Assembly (NCBI GenBank): GCA_002470925.1
Contig: DKOX01000062.1
Span: 1 to 55,690 of the forward strand
Reading direction: 5' to 3'
Source of the DNA: Opitutia bacterium UBA7350
GTDB lineage: Bacteria; Verrucomicrobiota; Verrucomicrobiia; Opitutales; Coraliomargaritaceae
Length of the DNA: 55,690 bases
Below, in pieces: positions 17,792-27,224 of this stretch (position 1 is its first letter; every line of letters begins with the position of its first letter). Below the pieces are notes generated by a model, which made no database searches, was not told the DNA's origin, and worked only from the letters and a program-made list of their open reading frames with translations. A program made the translations under genes and the position numbers.

Positions 17792-18163
17792 ATGTCGATA
17801 AGCAATATACTGCCCGAGGGGGTGCGCGAGGGGAATGAAAAATTGTTGGAGGTGACTCCCGAGGCCGGCGAAAAGTTAGTCCAGCTCATAGCGCGCGAGA
17901 AAATGGGTCAATTCCTTCGGGTGAAAATAACGGGGGGTGGCTGCAATGGTCTGGTTTACAATATGAAATTTGTAGAGGAGGCGAAACGTGGGGATATTTT
18001 GGTGCGTGCATTTGGTGCGGCGATTCTTGCGGATTCCCGGAGTGCGCTCTATCTCAGGGGTACAAAACTGGACTATTCCAGCAAGCTAGTGGGGGGTGGC
18101 TTCAAGTTCACCAACCCCAATGCCACCGCTAGTTGTAGCTGCGGGGAAAGTTTTAGCATCTGA
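17792..18163 (+). CDS. Second A-type Fe-S cluster carrier (IscA/HesB family)
   Basis: GGGCNGLVYNM...NPNATASCSCGESF. It is a paralog of the 11575..11892 product. Confidence 0.85.
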   Translation: MSISNILPEGVREGNEKLLEVTPEAGEKLVQLIAREKMGQFLRVKITGGGCNGLVYNMKFVEEAKRGDILVRAFGAAILADSRSALYLRGTKLDYSSKLVGGGFKFTNPNATASCSCGESFSI

Positions 18164-18348
18164 CTTTCTTTAGGGTTGAATAAAAAAAAGCAACCACTAC
18201 TGCTTAATGTAAAGAATCCTACTTTGTTAATTAAATCGTATGTCGTAACACTCAAGCAATGCCTTTTGGCGAGGGCCGTAGGCTCATCTTCCGAGTCGGT
18301 TTCATTTTGGAAAACCGCGGTAGAATTCTTTACTGATTATAATACTTA

Positions 18349-19017
18349 ATGGCAAACTATCCTCACTCCCGTGGTCGTTACCCGAACCGCAACCGTGGCC
18401 CGAAGGGCTTAAGAAGAAATGACCGTATTCGCGCTTCAGAAGTGCGCGTGATTGGACCGGAGGGCACCAACCTTGGTGTCATGACTTCAAAGAAGGCGCT
18501 GGAGTTGGCAAAAAAGGTCGGACTCGACCTGATTGAAATTTCCCCCGCGGCACGCCCGCCAGTTTGTAGAATTTTGGATTTTGGTAAATTTCTTTACGAA
18601 GAAAGCAAGAAGCAAAAGGACAGCAAACAGGGTAAGTCGAGCGTGAAGATGAAGGAGGTAAAGTTCCGGGTCTCGATTGATCAGCATGATTTTGAGACAA
18701 AGTTGCGCCGGGCGGAAGGATTCCTCTACAGCGGAAACAAGGTTAAGCTCACGCTACAGTTCCGTGGGCGTGAGATGGAGCATACCGATTTGGGCGTTGA
18801 ACGGGTCAATCTCGCCCGCGACGAACTGGCAGGGGTATCGAGTGCAGATATGGACGCACGGCAGGTAGGTCGACAGGTCACGATGGTTCTGTCTCCGCTT
18901 CCCGAGGGAAAGCGTCGCTTAAAGTTCAACGAAACCGAGGCTGATTTTGATCCCAATGATGAAGGGGATGCGAACGAAGATGTAGATCATGAATCGGGCG
19001 AGCAGGCGACGTCGTAA
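18349..19017 (+). CDS. infC: Translation initiation factor IF-3
   Basis: [62 protein letters not shown]. The protein has a basic N-terminal extension and an acidic C-terminal tail. The start is ATG, with an in-frame TAA three codons upstream. Confidence 0.95.
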   Translation: MANYPHSRGRYPNRNRGPKGLRRNDRIRASEVRVIGPEGTNLGVMTSKKALELAKKVGLDLIEISPAARPPVCRILDFGKFLYEESKKQKDSKQGKSSVKMKEVKFRVSIDQHDFETKLRRAEGFLYSGNKVKLTLQFRGREMEHTDLGVERVNLARDELAGVSSADMDARQVGRQVTMVLSPLPEGKRRLKFNETEADFDPNDEGDANEDVDHESGEQATS

Positions 19018-19108
19018 GCGCCTTTCAAGTATCTAGGGCTCGATGATGCCAGTTTTTTTATTTAGGGCATCGACAATTTCAATTCTCCAGGCAAAGTTGT
19101 AGGTTTAT

Positions 19109-20731
19109 ATGGGGATTGTAAAAAAGACTCGTTGGTTGTTCCTTTTAGTGCCATTCTTGGCAAGTGGAGCGGGAGAGGCTGAACGCTTAATTATCTTAGC
19201 AAATAGTTTGTCTAAAGATTCAATGGCTCTCGCGCATTATTATGCGGAGGTGCGATCCGTTCCCGAGGGCAATATTATCGCTTTGCCCCTGCCGGAAAAA
19301 GAGACCATCAGCCTCAGGGAATATGTCGATACTTTGCACAATCCACTCCTGGAGGAGTTGTTGGATCGACGTTTGATAATTGGCGCCAAGAGTGGTGACG
19401 CGGATGCACATGGCCGTAAATGGCTGGTCGCGGGACTTCATGATGTCAGTTATCTGGTTCCGGTTTATGGTGTGCCTCTGAGAATCAGTAATGATGCCAA
19501 AGCGATCCTGCCAAATAACGGACAAATTTCTGAAAATTTCAGATATAACCGTGCTTCGGTGGATTCAGAGTTGGCGCTCTTGGCAATGCCGGGTCGGCGC
19601 TCCATGACGGCATTTAATACGAACCCGTTCTTTGGTAACAAGGAGCCGTCCTTGCATATCCTGCAAACGGCCTTGCGGGTCAGTCGGATTGATGGACCGG
19701 ATGTAAGAACGGTTCGTTCCCTGATTGAGCGCACCCTGGAGGGTGAGCGTATGGGGCTGCAGGGGCGTGCCTATTTTGATCTTAAGGGGCCGCATCCAAG
19801 CGGGGACAAATGGTTCCGGGAGGCAAGCGAAATGGCTATCGCGGCATATTTCGACACTACGATTGAATCAACGAAGCGTTTGCTGGATGAGCGGGATCGC
19901 TTCGATGCGCCGGCAATTTACATGGGATGGTATCGCCAGGATGCATATGGGAATTTCAAAATTGCGAACTGGAACGTCCCGCCCGGCGCATTGGCGCTCC
20001 ATTTGCACAGTTTTTCAGCCACTTCCTTGCGCACTACTAACCGATATTGGCTCGGTGCCTTACTTCAGATGGGGTTTTGCGCAACGCTAGGAAATGTCTA
20101 CGAGCCCTATCTACAAATGACCCACCATCCGCAGCGACTCTTGGAGTCCTTGCTTGACGGCGGCACTTGGGGCGAAGCAGTCGCTTACAGTATACCGGTG
20201 TTCAGTTGGATGGGAGTCGCAATCGGTGATCCGCTTTATCGACCGTTTCAAAAAAAACTTGGGGCCCAGTTGGGGGCAGCAGATGTGCCCTATGCGGTGC
20301 TGCGCGAATTCAACCGCATTGATTTAAATGGCAGTGCGTCGACTGCTACGACCTACCTGCGAGGTGAGTTTCAGCGAGCGCCCTCGCTTCCTCTGGCGTT
20401 TGCGCTAGCCTCCCGCTACGCGGATTCCGGGGAGGTCGATAAAGCGAAGGAGGTCTTGCGCGTAATGCAGTATATCACGGTCTATGCGAAGGAAGATAGG
20501 GTGTTGGTTCAGAAATTGGCAGATTTGATGGCTCGATTGGATCAAGTAGAACCAGCACTTGTGATATATGAAAGGCTGCTCAGCGAGGAAGGTATCGCCA
20601 AGCCCTTCAGGATAAATCTGTTAACCAAGGGTTCGGAATTGGCGGCCAGAATGGGACGGACACGCCTCGCAGACGATTGGTCTAATAAGTGCCTTATTCT
20701 TAAAGCACCACCTGTCGACCGTTCAAAGTAG
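19109..20731 (+). CDS. Secreted hypothetical protein, TIGR03790-like N-terminal region with a helical-repeat C-terminus
   Basis: 540 aa with a signal peptide. RLIILANSLSKDSMALAHYYAEVRSVPEGNIIALPLP resembles the TIGR03790 family from PVC/Acidobacteria (from memory). The C-terminal 150 aa looks TPR-like. Confidence 0.7.
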   Translation: MGIVKKTRWLFLLVPFLASGAGEAERLIILANSLSKDSMALAHYYAEVRSVPEGNIIALPLPEKETISLREYVDTLHNPLLEELLDRRLIIGAKSGDADAHGRKWLVAGLHDVSYLVPVYGVPLRISNDAKAILPNNGQISENFRYNRASVDSELALLAMPGRRSMTAFNTNPFFGNKEPSLHILQTALRVSRIDGPDVRTVRSLIERTLEGERMGLQGRAYFDLKGPHPSGDKWFREASEMAIAAYFDTTIESTKRLLDERDRFDAPAIYMGWYRQDAYGNFKIANWNVPPGALALHLHSFSATSLRTTNRYWLGALLQMGFCATLGNVYEPYLQMTHHPQRLLESLLDGGTWGEAVAYSIPVFSWMGVAIGDPLYRPFQKKLGAQLGAADVPYAVLREFNRIDLNGSASTATTYLRGEFQRAPSLPLAFALASRYADSGEVDKAKEVLRVMQYITVYAKEDRVLVQKLADLMARLDQVEPALVIYERLLSEEGIAKPFRINLLTKGSELAARMGRTRLADDWSNKCLILKAPPVDRSK

Positions 20732-20745
20732 TGTTTTCCGCGCCT

Positions 20746-20778
20746 TAATATTAGTTATTGACTAATAAACTAATATTA
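20746..20778. promoter_or_regulatory. Perfect 11-bp inverted repeat (operator-like) upstream of cysC
   Basis: TAATATTAGTT (20746-20756), an 11-nt spacer ATTGACTAATA, then AACTAATATTA (20768-20778). The spacer contains TTGACT. The repeat ends 38 nt before the cysC ATG. Confidence 0.55.
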
Positions 20779-20816
20779 CCACCTTGGCAGCAGCTAAGAT
20801 TTTGCAATAAGTACCA

Positions 20817-21419
20817 ATGCAGGAAAATATACATACCGAGTTTCACCGGATGCTGGGACGCGAGGCCAAAGAGGCACAGCTTTCGCAGCGGGGTCATGTC
20901 TTTTGGCTTTATGGCTTGTCGGGCTCCGGGAAAAGCACCTTGGCGATTGCCCTCGAGCGCGCTTTGGCTGAAGTCGGAATATTCACAAAGTTGCTCGATG
21001 GGGATAATATTCGAAGTCGACTCAATCGGGATCTGGGATTTTCAGATCAGGATCGCATAGAAAACATTCGCCGAATTTCTGAAGTGGCACGACTCTTTGT
21101 GGAATCGGGTCTGGTCGTTTTTGCCTCGTTCATAACACCGAGCCGCGCGTTGCGTGAAAGCGTCGCTGATATTGTCGGTGCGGATGATTGTACACCGGTT
21201 TATGTCAAGGCGAGTTACGAGACCTGCGCCAAGCGCGACGTGAAAGGGCTTTACGCAAAGGCAGAGGCGGGTTCGGTAAAAGACTTTACGGGCAAGGATT
21301 CCGGATTTGAGCCACCTCAAAGCGACGATCGGGATTGGGTGATTGATACCGATGCATTGAGTGAAGCAGATGCGGTTCAGCAATTACTCGATTCAATACT
21401 CCCCATGATTAAAGTTTAG
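20817..21419 (+). CDS. cysC: Adenylylsulfate (APS) kinase
   Basis: GHVFWLYGLSGSGKSTLAIALERAL..LDGDNIRSRLNRDLGFSDQDRIENIRR. Confidence 0.93.
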   Translation: MQENIHTEFHRMLGREAKEAQLSQRGHVFWLYGLSGSGKSTLAIALERALAEVGIFTKLLDGDNIRSRLNRDLGFSDQDRIENIRRISEVARLFVESGLVVFASFITPSRALRESVADIVGADDCTPVYVKASYETCAKRDVKGLYAKAEAGSVKDFTGKDSGFEPPQSDDRDWVIDTDALSEADAVQQLLDSILPMIKV

Positions 21420-21451
21420 TAATCATTTTATAAGCGACTAACGAATTAACA

Positions 21452-22366
21452 ATGCACCAAGATTATTCCATCACGCACCTCAAGCAACTCGAGTCTGAGG
21501 CGATTTACATTTTGCGCGAAACGGCTGCCCAGTTCGAAAAGCCGGTTCTTCTCTTTTCGGGAGGGAAGGATTCTATTGTTATGGCGCATTTGGCAAAAAA
21601 AGCATTTTATCCCGCCCGTTTGCCATTCCCGCTCATGCACGTGGACACCGGTCATAATTTTCCTGAAACGATGGAGTATCGGGATCGTTTTATTGCAGAA
21701 CTGGGTGCGGAATTGGTGGTGGCTTCTGTGCAGGATGCCATTGATGCCGGCAAGGTAAAGGAGGAGACCGGTCCTCATGCCAGCCGCAACGGATTGCAGA
21801 CTGTTGCTTTACTTGACGGGCTTGAGGAAGGTAAGTATGATGCTGCGCTTGGGGGCGGGCGGCGCGATGAAGAAAAGGCCCGTGCGAAAGAAAGATTTTT
21901 CTCCCATCGTGATGCCTTTGGGCAATGGGATCCCAAAAATCAACGTCCGGAGTTGTGGAACATTTTTAACGGCCGTAAGCATCACGGTGAACACTTCCGT
22001 GTCTTTCCCCTGAGCAATTGGACCGAGATGGACATCTGGCAATATATCAAGCTGGAGGAGATCGATTTACCGAGCCTATATTTCTCGCATGAGCGTCCTT
22101 GTTTTGTACGCAACGGGGTTATTATGGCCGTGACTGATTTCATTGAGCTGCTTCCGAACGAAACCGCGCAAGTAAAAAACATGCGGATTCGTTTTCGTAC
22201 GATCGGGGATGCGACCTGCACGGGTGCAGCACTTTCCGATGCCGCGGACTTGGATGCCATAATTGGAGAAGTAGCGGCGGCAAGACAAACGGAGCGCGGT
22301 ACTCGGGCGGATGACAAGCGCTCTGAGACTGCGATGGAGGACCGCAAAAAGGAGGGGTACTTCTAA
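21452..22366 (+). CDS. cysD: Sulfate adenylyltransferase subunit 2
   Basis: LKQLESEAIYILRE...LLFSGGKDSIVM is the PAPS-reductase-like fold. The 304-aa protein resembles CysD along its whole length. Confidence 0.95.
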   Translation: MHQDYSITHLKQLESEAIYILRETAAQFEKPVLLFSGGKDSIVMAHLAKKAFYPARLPFPLMHVDTGHNFPETMEYRDRFIAELGAELVVASVQDAIDAGKVKEETGPHASRNGLQTVALLDGLEEGKYDAALGGGRRDEEKARAKERFFSHRDAFGQWDPKNQRPELWNIFNGRKHHGEHFRVFPLSNWTEMDIWQYIKLEEIDLPSLYFSHERPCFVRNGVIMAVTDFIELLPNETAQVKNMRIRFRTIGDATCTGAALSDAADLDAIIGEVAAARQTERGTRADDKRSETAMEDRKKEGYF

Positions 22367-22416
22367 GCGCTACGGGGCGAATTCTTTAACCAACAATTCA
22401 AACAATTTTTAATAGT

Positions 22417-23700
22417 ATGACTGAAACGAATACAGCCGCCGGCTACCTAGATATGGACCTGCTTCGCTTCACGACCGCCGGTTCGGTGGACGATGGCAAA
22501 AGTACCCTGATTGGCCGCCTTCTCTACGATAGCAAAGCTATTTTTGAAGACCAGCTTGAAGCGGTTGAAAAGAGCTCAAAATCACGGGGCGATGAAAATG
22601 TGAATCTCGCGCTCCTGACGGATGGCTTGCGCTCGGAACGGGAGCAAGGGATTACGATTGACGTGGCTTATCGTTATTTTGCGACGCCGAAGCGAAAGTT
22701 TATTATCGCCGACACTCCGGGGCACACGCAATACACCCGCAATATGGTTACGGGGGCATCGACCGCCAATCTGGCCATTTTATTGGTAGATGCCCGCAAG
22801 GGGATCATTGAACAGACCTGCCGCCATGCTTTCATCGCAAATCTTTTGCGTATTCAGCACGTCGTTGTCTGCGTCAACAAAATGGATCTGGTCGACTGGG
22901 ATGAGGGTACTTACAATGCCATCGTGGAGGATTTTAAGAAGTTCGCTTCGCGGCTCGATAATATTGTTGAAGTTACCTTTATTCCAGCGAGTGCGCTTTT
23001 GGGAGACAACATTGTCGATAAATCATCCAACATGCCATGGTATCAGGGCCCTACGCTGCTCTATCATTTGGAGACGGTCTACATCGGTGGAGACGAAAAT
23101 CATATTGATGCCCGTTTCCCGGTACAATGGGTGATACGGCCACACTCAGACAAATGGCATGATTTTCGCGGTTTTGCCGGGCGTATTGCCGGTGGCGTTT
23201 TTAAGCCCGGCGACAAGGTAAAGGTCTTACCCTCCGGTTTTGAATCTACGATCAAGGGAATTCACACGATGGATGGTGAATTGAAGGAAGCTTTTGCGCC
23301 AATGTCGGTCGCGCTGACACTGGACGATGAGATTGATATTTCGCGGGGTGATATGCTGGTAAAGCTGAATAATCCGCCTCAACCGAAACAGGATGTTGAA
23401 GCGATGATTTGCTGGTTTTCTGCAGACAAAAAGCTCGCGGGGCGGGGTAAATATATTTTACGCCATACTGAAAAAGAGGTAAAGGCCTTGATTCATGAAG
23501 TGCGTTATAAGGTGAACATCAACACTTTGCGTAAAATAGAAGACGACTTGGTGTTCAGTCATAATGACATCGGCCGTATCTCGATCCGCACTTCAGCACC
23601 ACTGATAGCGGACAGTTATCGCCGTAATCGTATCACGGGCAGTTTTGTTCTAATTGACGAACAAAACAACGAGACGGTTGCTGCTGGCATGATTATTTGA
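22417..23700 (+). CDS. cysN: Sulfate adenylyltransferase subunit 1 (GTPase), not fused to APS kinase
   Basis: LRFTTAGSVDDGKSTLIGRLL, DTPGH and NKMD GTPase motifs are present. The protein is 427 aa. Confidence 0.95.
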   Translation: MTETNTAAGYLDMDLLRFTTAGSVDDGKSTLIGRLLYDSKAIFEDQLEAVEKSSKSRGDENVNLALLTDGLRSEREQGITIDVAYRYFATPKRKFIIADTPGHTQYTRNMVTGASTANLAILLVDARKGIIEQTCRHAFIANLLRIQHVVVCVNKMDLVDWDEGTYNAIVEDFKKFASRLDNIVEVTFIPASALLGDNIVDKSSNMPWYQGPTLLYHLETVYIGGDENHIDARFPVQWVIRPHSDKWHDFRGFAGRIAGGVFKPGDKVKVLPSGFESTIKGIHTMDGELKEAFAPMSVALTLDDEIDISRGDMLVKLNNPPQPKQDVEAMICWFSADKKLAGRGKYILRHTEKEVKALIHEVRYKVNINTLRKIEDDLVFSHNDIGRISIRTSAPLIADSYRRNRITGSFVLIDEQNNETVAAGMII

Positions 23701-23770
23701 ATCCAGGGCGAAAAAGGCTCTGCGCTTGAGGGTTGCCAGCAGCCCGATTCGAGCTAGATATCTAAAGCCA

Positions 23771-24697
23771 ATGAATGCATTTTCCAAGATCCGCTGCGGG
23801 GTGGTCGGTACCGGTTATTTGGGTCAGCACCACGCGCGCATCTACGAGGCGCTGGAAGACTGTGAGTTTGTCGGGATCGTTGAGGCCAATGATGCCCGCG
23901 CGGTAGAAATTTGCGAGCGCCATCAGTGTAAACGTTTTGATTCGCTTGAAGCTCTGGCGGATGCCTGTGATGCCGTCAGTATTGTTGTGCCGACGGACAA
24001 ACATTGCGAAGTGGCGCTACCGCTCCTGTCAGGTGGATGCCATTTGTTGATTGAGAAGCCGCTCTGTGCGAGTATGGAGGAAGCCGAGGAGATTTTGTCG
24101 GCAGCAAAGAGGGCGGGATGTATCGTGCAGGTGGGGCATATAGAACATTACAACCCTGTGATGGGTTATTTGGAAAAGGCAGTGAGCGCGCCACAATACA
24201 TCACTGCAGATCGCTTGGCACCGTATAACGCCAGAGGCACGGAAGTCGGCGTGGTGTTGGATTTAATGATCCACGACCTCGGTGTAATTCTTGCATTGGT
24301 CCGCTCGCCGGTTGCCTCGGTCGAGGCGGTGGGGGTGAGGGTACTTTCGAACAGTGAGGATATTGCGAATGCGCGCATTGTTTTTGAGAATGGTTGTGTG
24401 GCTAATATTAATACCAGTCGGGTCAGTATGAAAAAGGTACGCGAAATACGCGTCTTTCAATCGGCAAATTATCTGTCGTTGGATTTCATGAACCAAACCG
24501 GTCATTTCCTGAAGAAGGAAGCGGAGGAATTAGTGCGTGAGAACATTCCGATTGAGAAAGAGGAACCGTTGAAATTGGAATTGGCTTCATTCGTGAAGGT
24601 AGTGCGGGAGGCGGGCGAACCGAAAGTCGGTGCGGATCTTGGGCGATCTGCCTTGGAGTTGGCAATTCAGGTGAGCGAGCTTGTCTCGAAATCTTAG
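23771..24697 (+). CDS. Gfo/Idh/MocA-family NAD-dependent oxidoreductase (possible GnnA-like)
   Basis: IRCGVVGTGYLGQHHARIY is the Rossmann N-terminus, and EKPL is present. It ends 14 nt upstream of lpxB. The ATG at 23771 is preferred over the non-ATG track start at 23726. Confidence 0.85.
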   Translation: MNAFSKIRCGVVGTGYLGQHHARIYEALEDCEFVGIVEANDARAVEICERHQCKRFDSLEALADACDAVSIVVPTDKHCEVALPLLSGGCHLLIEKPLCASMEEAEEILSAAKRAGCIVQVGHIEHYNPVMGYLEKAVSAPQYITADRLAPYNARGTEVGVVLDLMIHDLGVILALVRSPVASVEAVGVRVLSNSEDIANARIVFENGCVANINTSRVSMKKVREIRVFQSANYLSLDFMNQTGHFLKKEAEELVRENIPIEKEEPLKLELASFVKVVREAGEPKVGADLGRSALELAIQVSELVSKS

Positions 24698-24711
24698 TGT
24701 GACTGCGTGAA

Positions 24712-25887
24712 ATGAGTGCACCGCTTCAAACTCCATCTGCTTTTGAGGCGCCGCAGGACTCTCGCGTAGACCTCTTGATTTTATGTGGAGAGCATTCGGG
24801 TGATGAACATGCGGCGGAAATGCTGGCTCATTTACGAGTGGAAAAGCCTGATTTAAAGGTCGCTTGTTTGGGAGGCCCAAGGCTCGCGGCAACAGGCGCG
24901 CAGTTGCTCTATGACCTCACGGCGGTCTCGGTGGTCGGTTTTATTGAAGTGGTGCGGCATTACTCATTTTTTAAGGGTCTGTTTGAGCGCACGCTTACCT
25001 GGATTGAGCAATATCAACCGAAGCATATCTGTTTTATCGACTATCCTGGTTTTAATTTGCGCTTGGCTAAGGAGTTGCGCAAACGTGGTCTGAGTCGAAA
25101 AGGTGGAGGAAAAATTAGCCTGAATTATTACATCGGCCCTCAGATTTGGGCATGGAAGGCGAAGCGACGTTTTCAAATGGCGGAGTTGATCGACCGCTTG
25201 AGCGTGATCTTTCCTTTTGAGGTCGAATGCTACAAAGATACAGATTTGCCGGTGGAATACGTGGTGCATCCCTTTGCGCGCGATGGTCATCGGTTTCCGT
25301 TTTATTATGATGCCACCGGTCCGGTATTATTGCTTCCCGGCAGTCGGGTCGCCGCATGTGAACGCATCTTTCCGATGTTGCTATCGGGTTTTAGGAGGGC
25401 TCGCCAAGTGAAACCGGAACTGCGTGCCCAGGTTATTTATCCCAGCGAAGGTATTCGCGCGATTTTGGAAACCATCTTGCAGGATTTCCCCGAAATGAAA
25501 GATGGGGTAGAATTGATTGAAAAATCGGACGAGCGCATTGGAGTGCAGGCGGCCTTGATGAGTTCGGGAACGATGTCGCTGGCCGTTGCAATGAGCGGTA
25601 TTCCGGGGGCGATCGCTTACCGTATGAACGCATGGAGTTACCGTTTGAGTCGATTATTGGTAAAGATTCCCTATATCGGGATTTCAAACCTGCTCCTGAA
25701 CCGTCCGCTGCATCCCGAATTCATTCAAGATGCTGCAAGCGCGGAAAATCTCAGCGCCGCTTTATTGGAGGCCTGCTCGGTTGAGCACGCAAAGCAAGCA
25801 GCGGAGGGTTCCGAAGCATTGAAGGCGGCCCTGCACCCGAAAGGCGCGTCGCAGGCGGAGGCATGGTTGTTGCGTGGGCTGAATTAA
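24712..25887 (+). CDS. lpxB: Lipid-A-disaccharide synthase
   Basis: LLILCGEHSGDEHAAEML, IDYPGFNLRLAKELRKRG and SGTMSL are present over 391 aa. Confidence 0.92.
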   Translation: MSAPLQTPSAFEAPQDSRVDLLILCGEHSGDEHAAEMLAHLRVEKPDLKVACLGGPRLAATGAQLLYDLTAVSVVGFIEVVRHYSFFKGLFERTLTWIEQYQPKHICFIDYPGFNLRLAKELRKRGLSRKGGGKISLNYYIGPQIWAWKAKRRFQMAELIDRLSVIFPFEVECYKDTDLPVEYVVHPFARDGHRFPFYYDATGPVLLLPGSRVAACERIFPMLLSGFRRARQVKPELRAQVIYPSEGIRAILETILQDFPEMKDGVELIEKSDERIGVQAALMSSGTMSLAVAMSGIPGAIAYRMNAWSYRLSRLLVKIPYIGISNLLLNRPLHPEFIQDAASAENLSAALLEACSVEHAKQAAEGSEALKAALHPKGASQAEAWLLRGLN

Positions 25888-27224
25888 AGTTTCGCTGCAA
25901 TCGCAGCTTCCAGGCAGTAACTGAGTGAAATTCCGTTTCGGTAATTCGACATGATTTCGAGGCCTGGGTAGTGGGTTTCAGCATCCGTAATAGTTTTTAA
26001 ATAATGCCCATACCCAATTTTATATTGTGGAATGGCACGGGGCCAATGCGTCAGGTGTCGCATGACGGGGCCTTCTTTGATCCCGAGGAGTTCCGTTAGA
26101 TCGGGCAGCACCCTTTGTTCTAAAAGCGAAGCATTGTTGCTGCTAAGGTGGGGTTGGCGATCGCCTCCAACAAATACGGTAAGGAGGATCGAGCCGCGGG
26201 GCGCGCGGCCTTCAAAAAAACTTGAGGTAAACAGTGCCCCGAGGATGGAGCGCTGCTCACACTCCGGCACAAGCACGCCAAAACCGTCCAGTAAATGGTC
26301 CACTGAACTGCGCTGAAAGCCCAAACTCAAAACCGAAACAGGGGGGTATTCAATTGCGGCAAGTGGGGCAAGCGCTTCCTGCAAATCCTGCGGTAGGGGA
26401 AGTTCACTGAGGGCATGGGCCGGAGCCGTGATAATGACGCGGTCATAGCGTTCAGAATTACCGTTCCAGTCGACGGTCCAGTCGGTAACATTGCGTTTAA
26501 TACGTTCTATCCGGACGCCGGTTTGTACGCTGGTTCCAAGGGCCTTGGAGAGGTATTGCGGGAGGGACTCCAGGCCATCTTTAAAGCTAATGATACTTTT
26601 CTTGAAACGGGGCTGCCCTGTTTTTTTTGAGGCGCGCATTTTTGCTAAAGCGCCACGGATCAAGCCACCGTTTTGTGCTTCGAGGGCATATAACTTCGGG
26701 AATGCGTAGCGCAGGGAAAGTGCTTCAGGTTTTCCGGCATAGATACCGCCGACTAAAGGATTGATGGCGTAGTGGTAAAGTTCGCTCCCCAATCGCCGGC
26801 AAGCAAAGTCCGCAACACTCTCCTCGCTTGTGTCCTCGCGGCGGGAGACAAAGGGTTCCTTGAGTAATCGCAGTTTTGCGGACCGCGACCAAAGCGGGGT
26901 AGTGAGGGCTTGGAGTGGACTCATCGGCACCGGATAAACACGTCCGTCGCGCACGAGAAAGCGCTTGTTAGCCGCAGTGTTGGCAGTGATCTGTTGATCC
27001 TTTAAGCCGGGTATGGAATTGAGGAAAGCTGCAATTTCCGGGTTGCTTATTTGGATAGAATTCGGGCCAGCCTCAGCGAGAAAGCCGTCAATCTGTTCAC
27101 TTCTTATCGCGCCACCAATGCGCTGTGCCTTTTCCAGTACAATACAATCGGCACCTTGCTGGCGTAATTGCCAAGCGGCTGCCAGTCCGCTGATTCCGGC
27201 GCCGATGATGCATATTCTAGGCAT
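25884..27224 (-). CDS. hemY: Protoporphyrinogen/coproporphyrinogen oxidase, HemY/CgoX family (FAD)
   Basis: MPRICIIGAGISGLAAAWQLRQQG is the dinucleotide fold. The ATG at 27224 overlaps the hemE stop by 8 nt. The track extension to 27278 lies inside hemE. Confidence 0.88.
   Translation of the reverse strand: MPRICIIGAGISGLAAAWQLRQQGADCIVLEKAQRIGGAIRSEQIDGFLAEAGPNSIQISNPEIAAFLNSIPGLKDQQITANTAANKRFLVRDGRVYPVPMSPLQALTTPLWSRSAKLRLLKEPFVSRREDTSEESVADFACRRLGSELYHYAINPLVGGIYAGKPEALSLRYAFPKLYALEAQNGGLIRGALAKMRASKKTGQPRFKKSIISFKDGLESLPQYLSKALGTSVQTGVRIERIKRNVTDWTVDWNGNSERYDRVIITAPAHALSELPLPQDLQEALAPLAAIEYPPVSVLSLGFQRSSVDHLLDGFGVLVPECEQRSILGALFTSSFFEGRAPRGSILLTVFVGGDRQPHLSSNNASLLEQRVLPDLTELLGIKEGPVMRHLTHWPRAIPQYKIGYGHYLKTITDAETHYPGLEIMSNYRNGISLSYCLEAAIAAKL

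Noticed and set aside
18185-18212. Hairpin AAGCA-N8-TGCTT preceded by an A8 run, considered as a terminator after the second iscA-like gene
   Set aside because: On the plus strand no T-run follows. On the minus strand it would be terminator-like, but no minus-strand gene lies upstream of it. The stem is only 5 bp.
20781-20805. Sigma-54 promoter (TGGCAG...TTGCA) upstream of cysC. Similar TGGCA strings occur at 29363, 34962 and 54213
   Set aside because: The GG-to-GC spacing is wrong. At cysC it is 18 nt instead of 12, and the others are off by 3 nt or more or lack the -12 GC. Presence of rpoN in the window is not evidence for these sites.
20758-21060. 100-aa ORF spanning the cysC upstream region and the 5' part of cysC
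   Set aside because: It is out of frame with, and overlaps, the strongly supported APS kinase gene. It has no motif. Its 5' part is the palindromic regulatory region.
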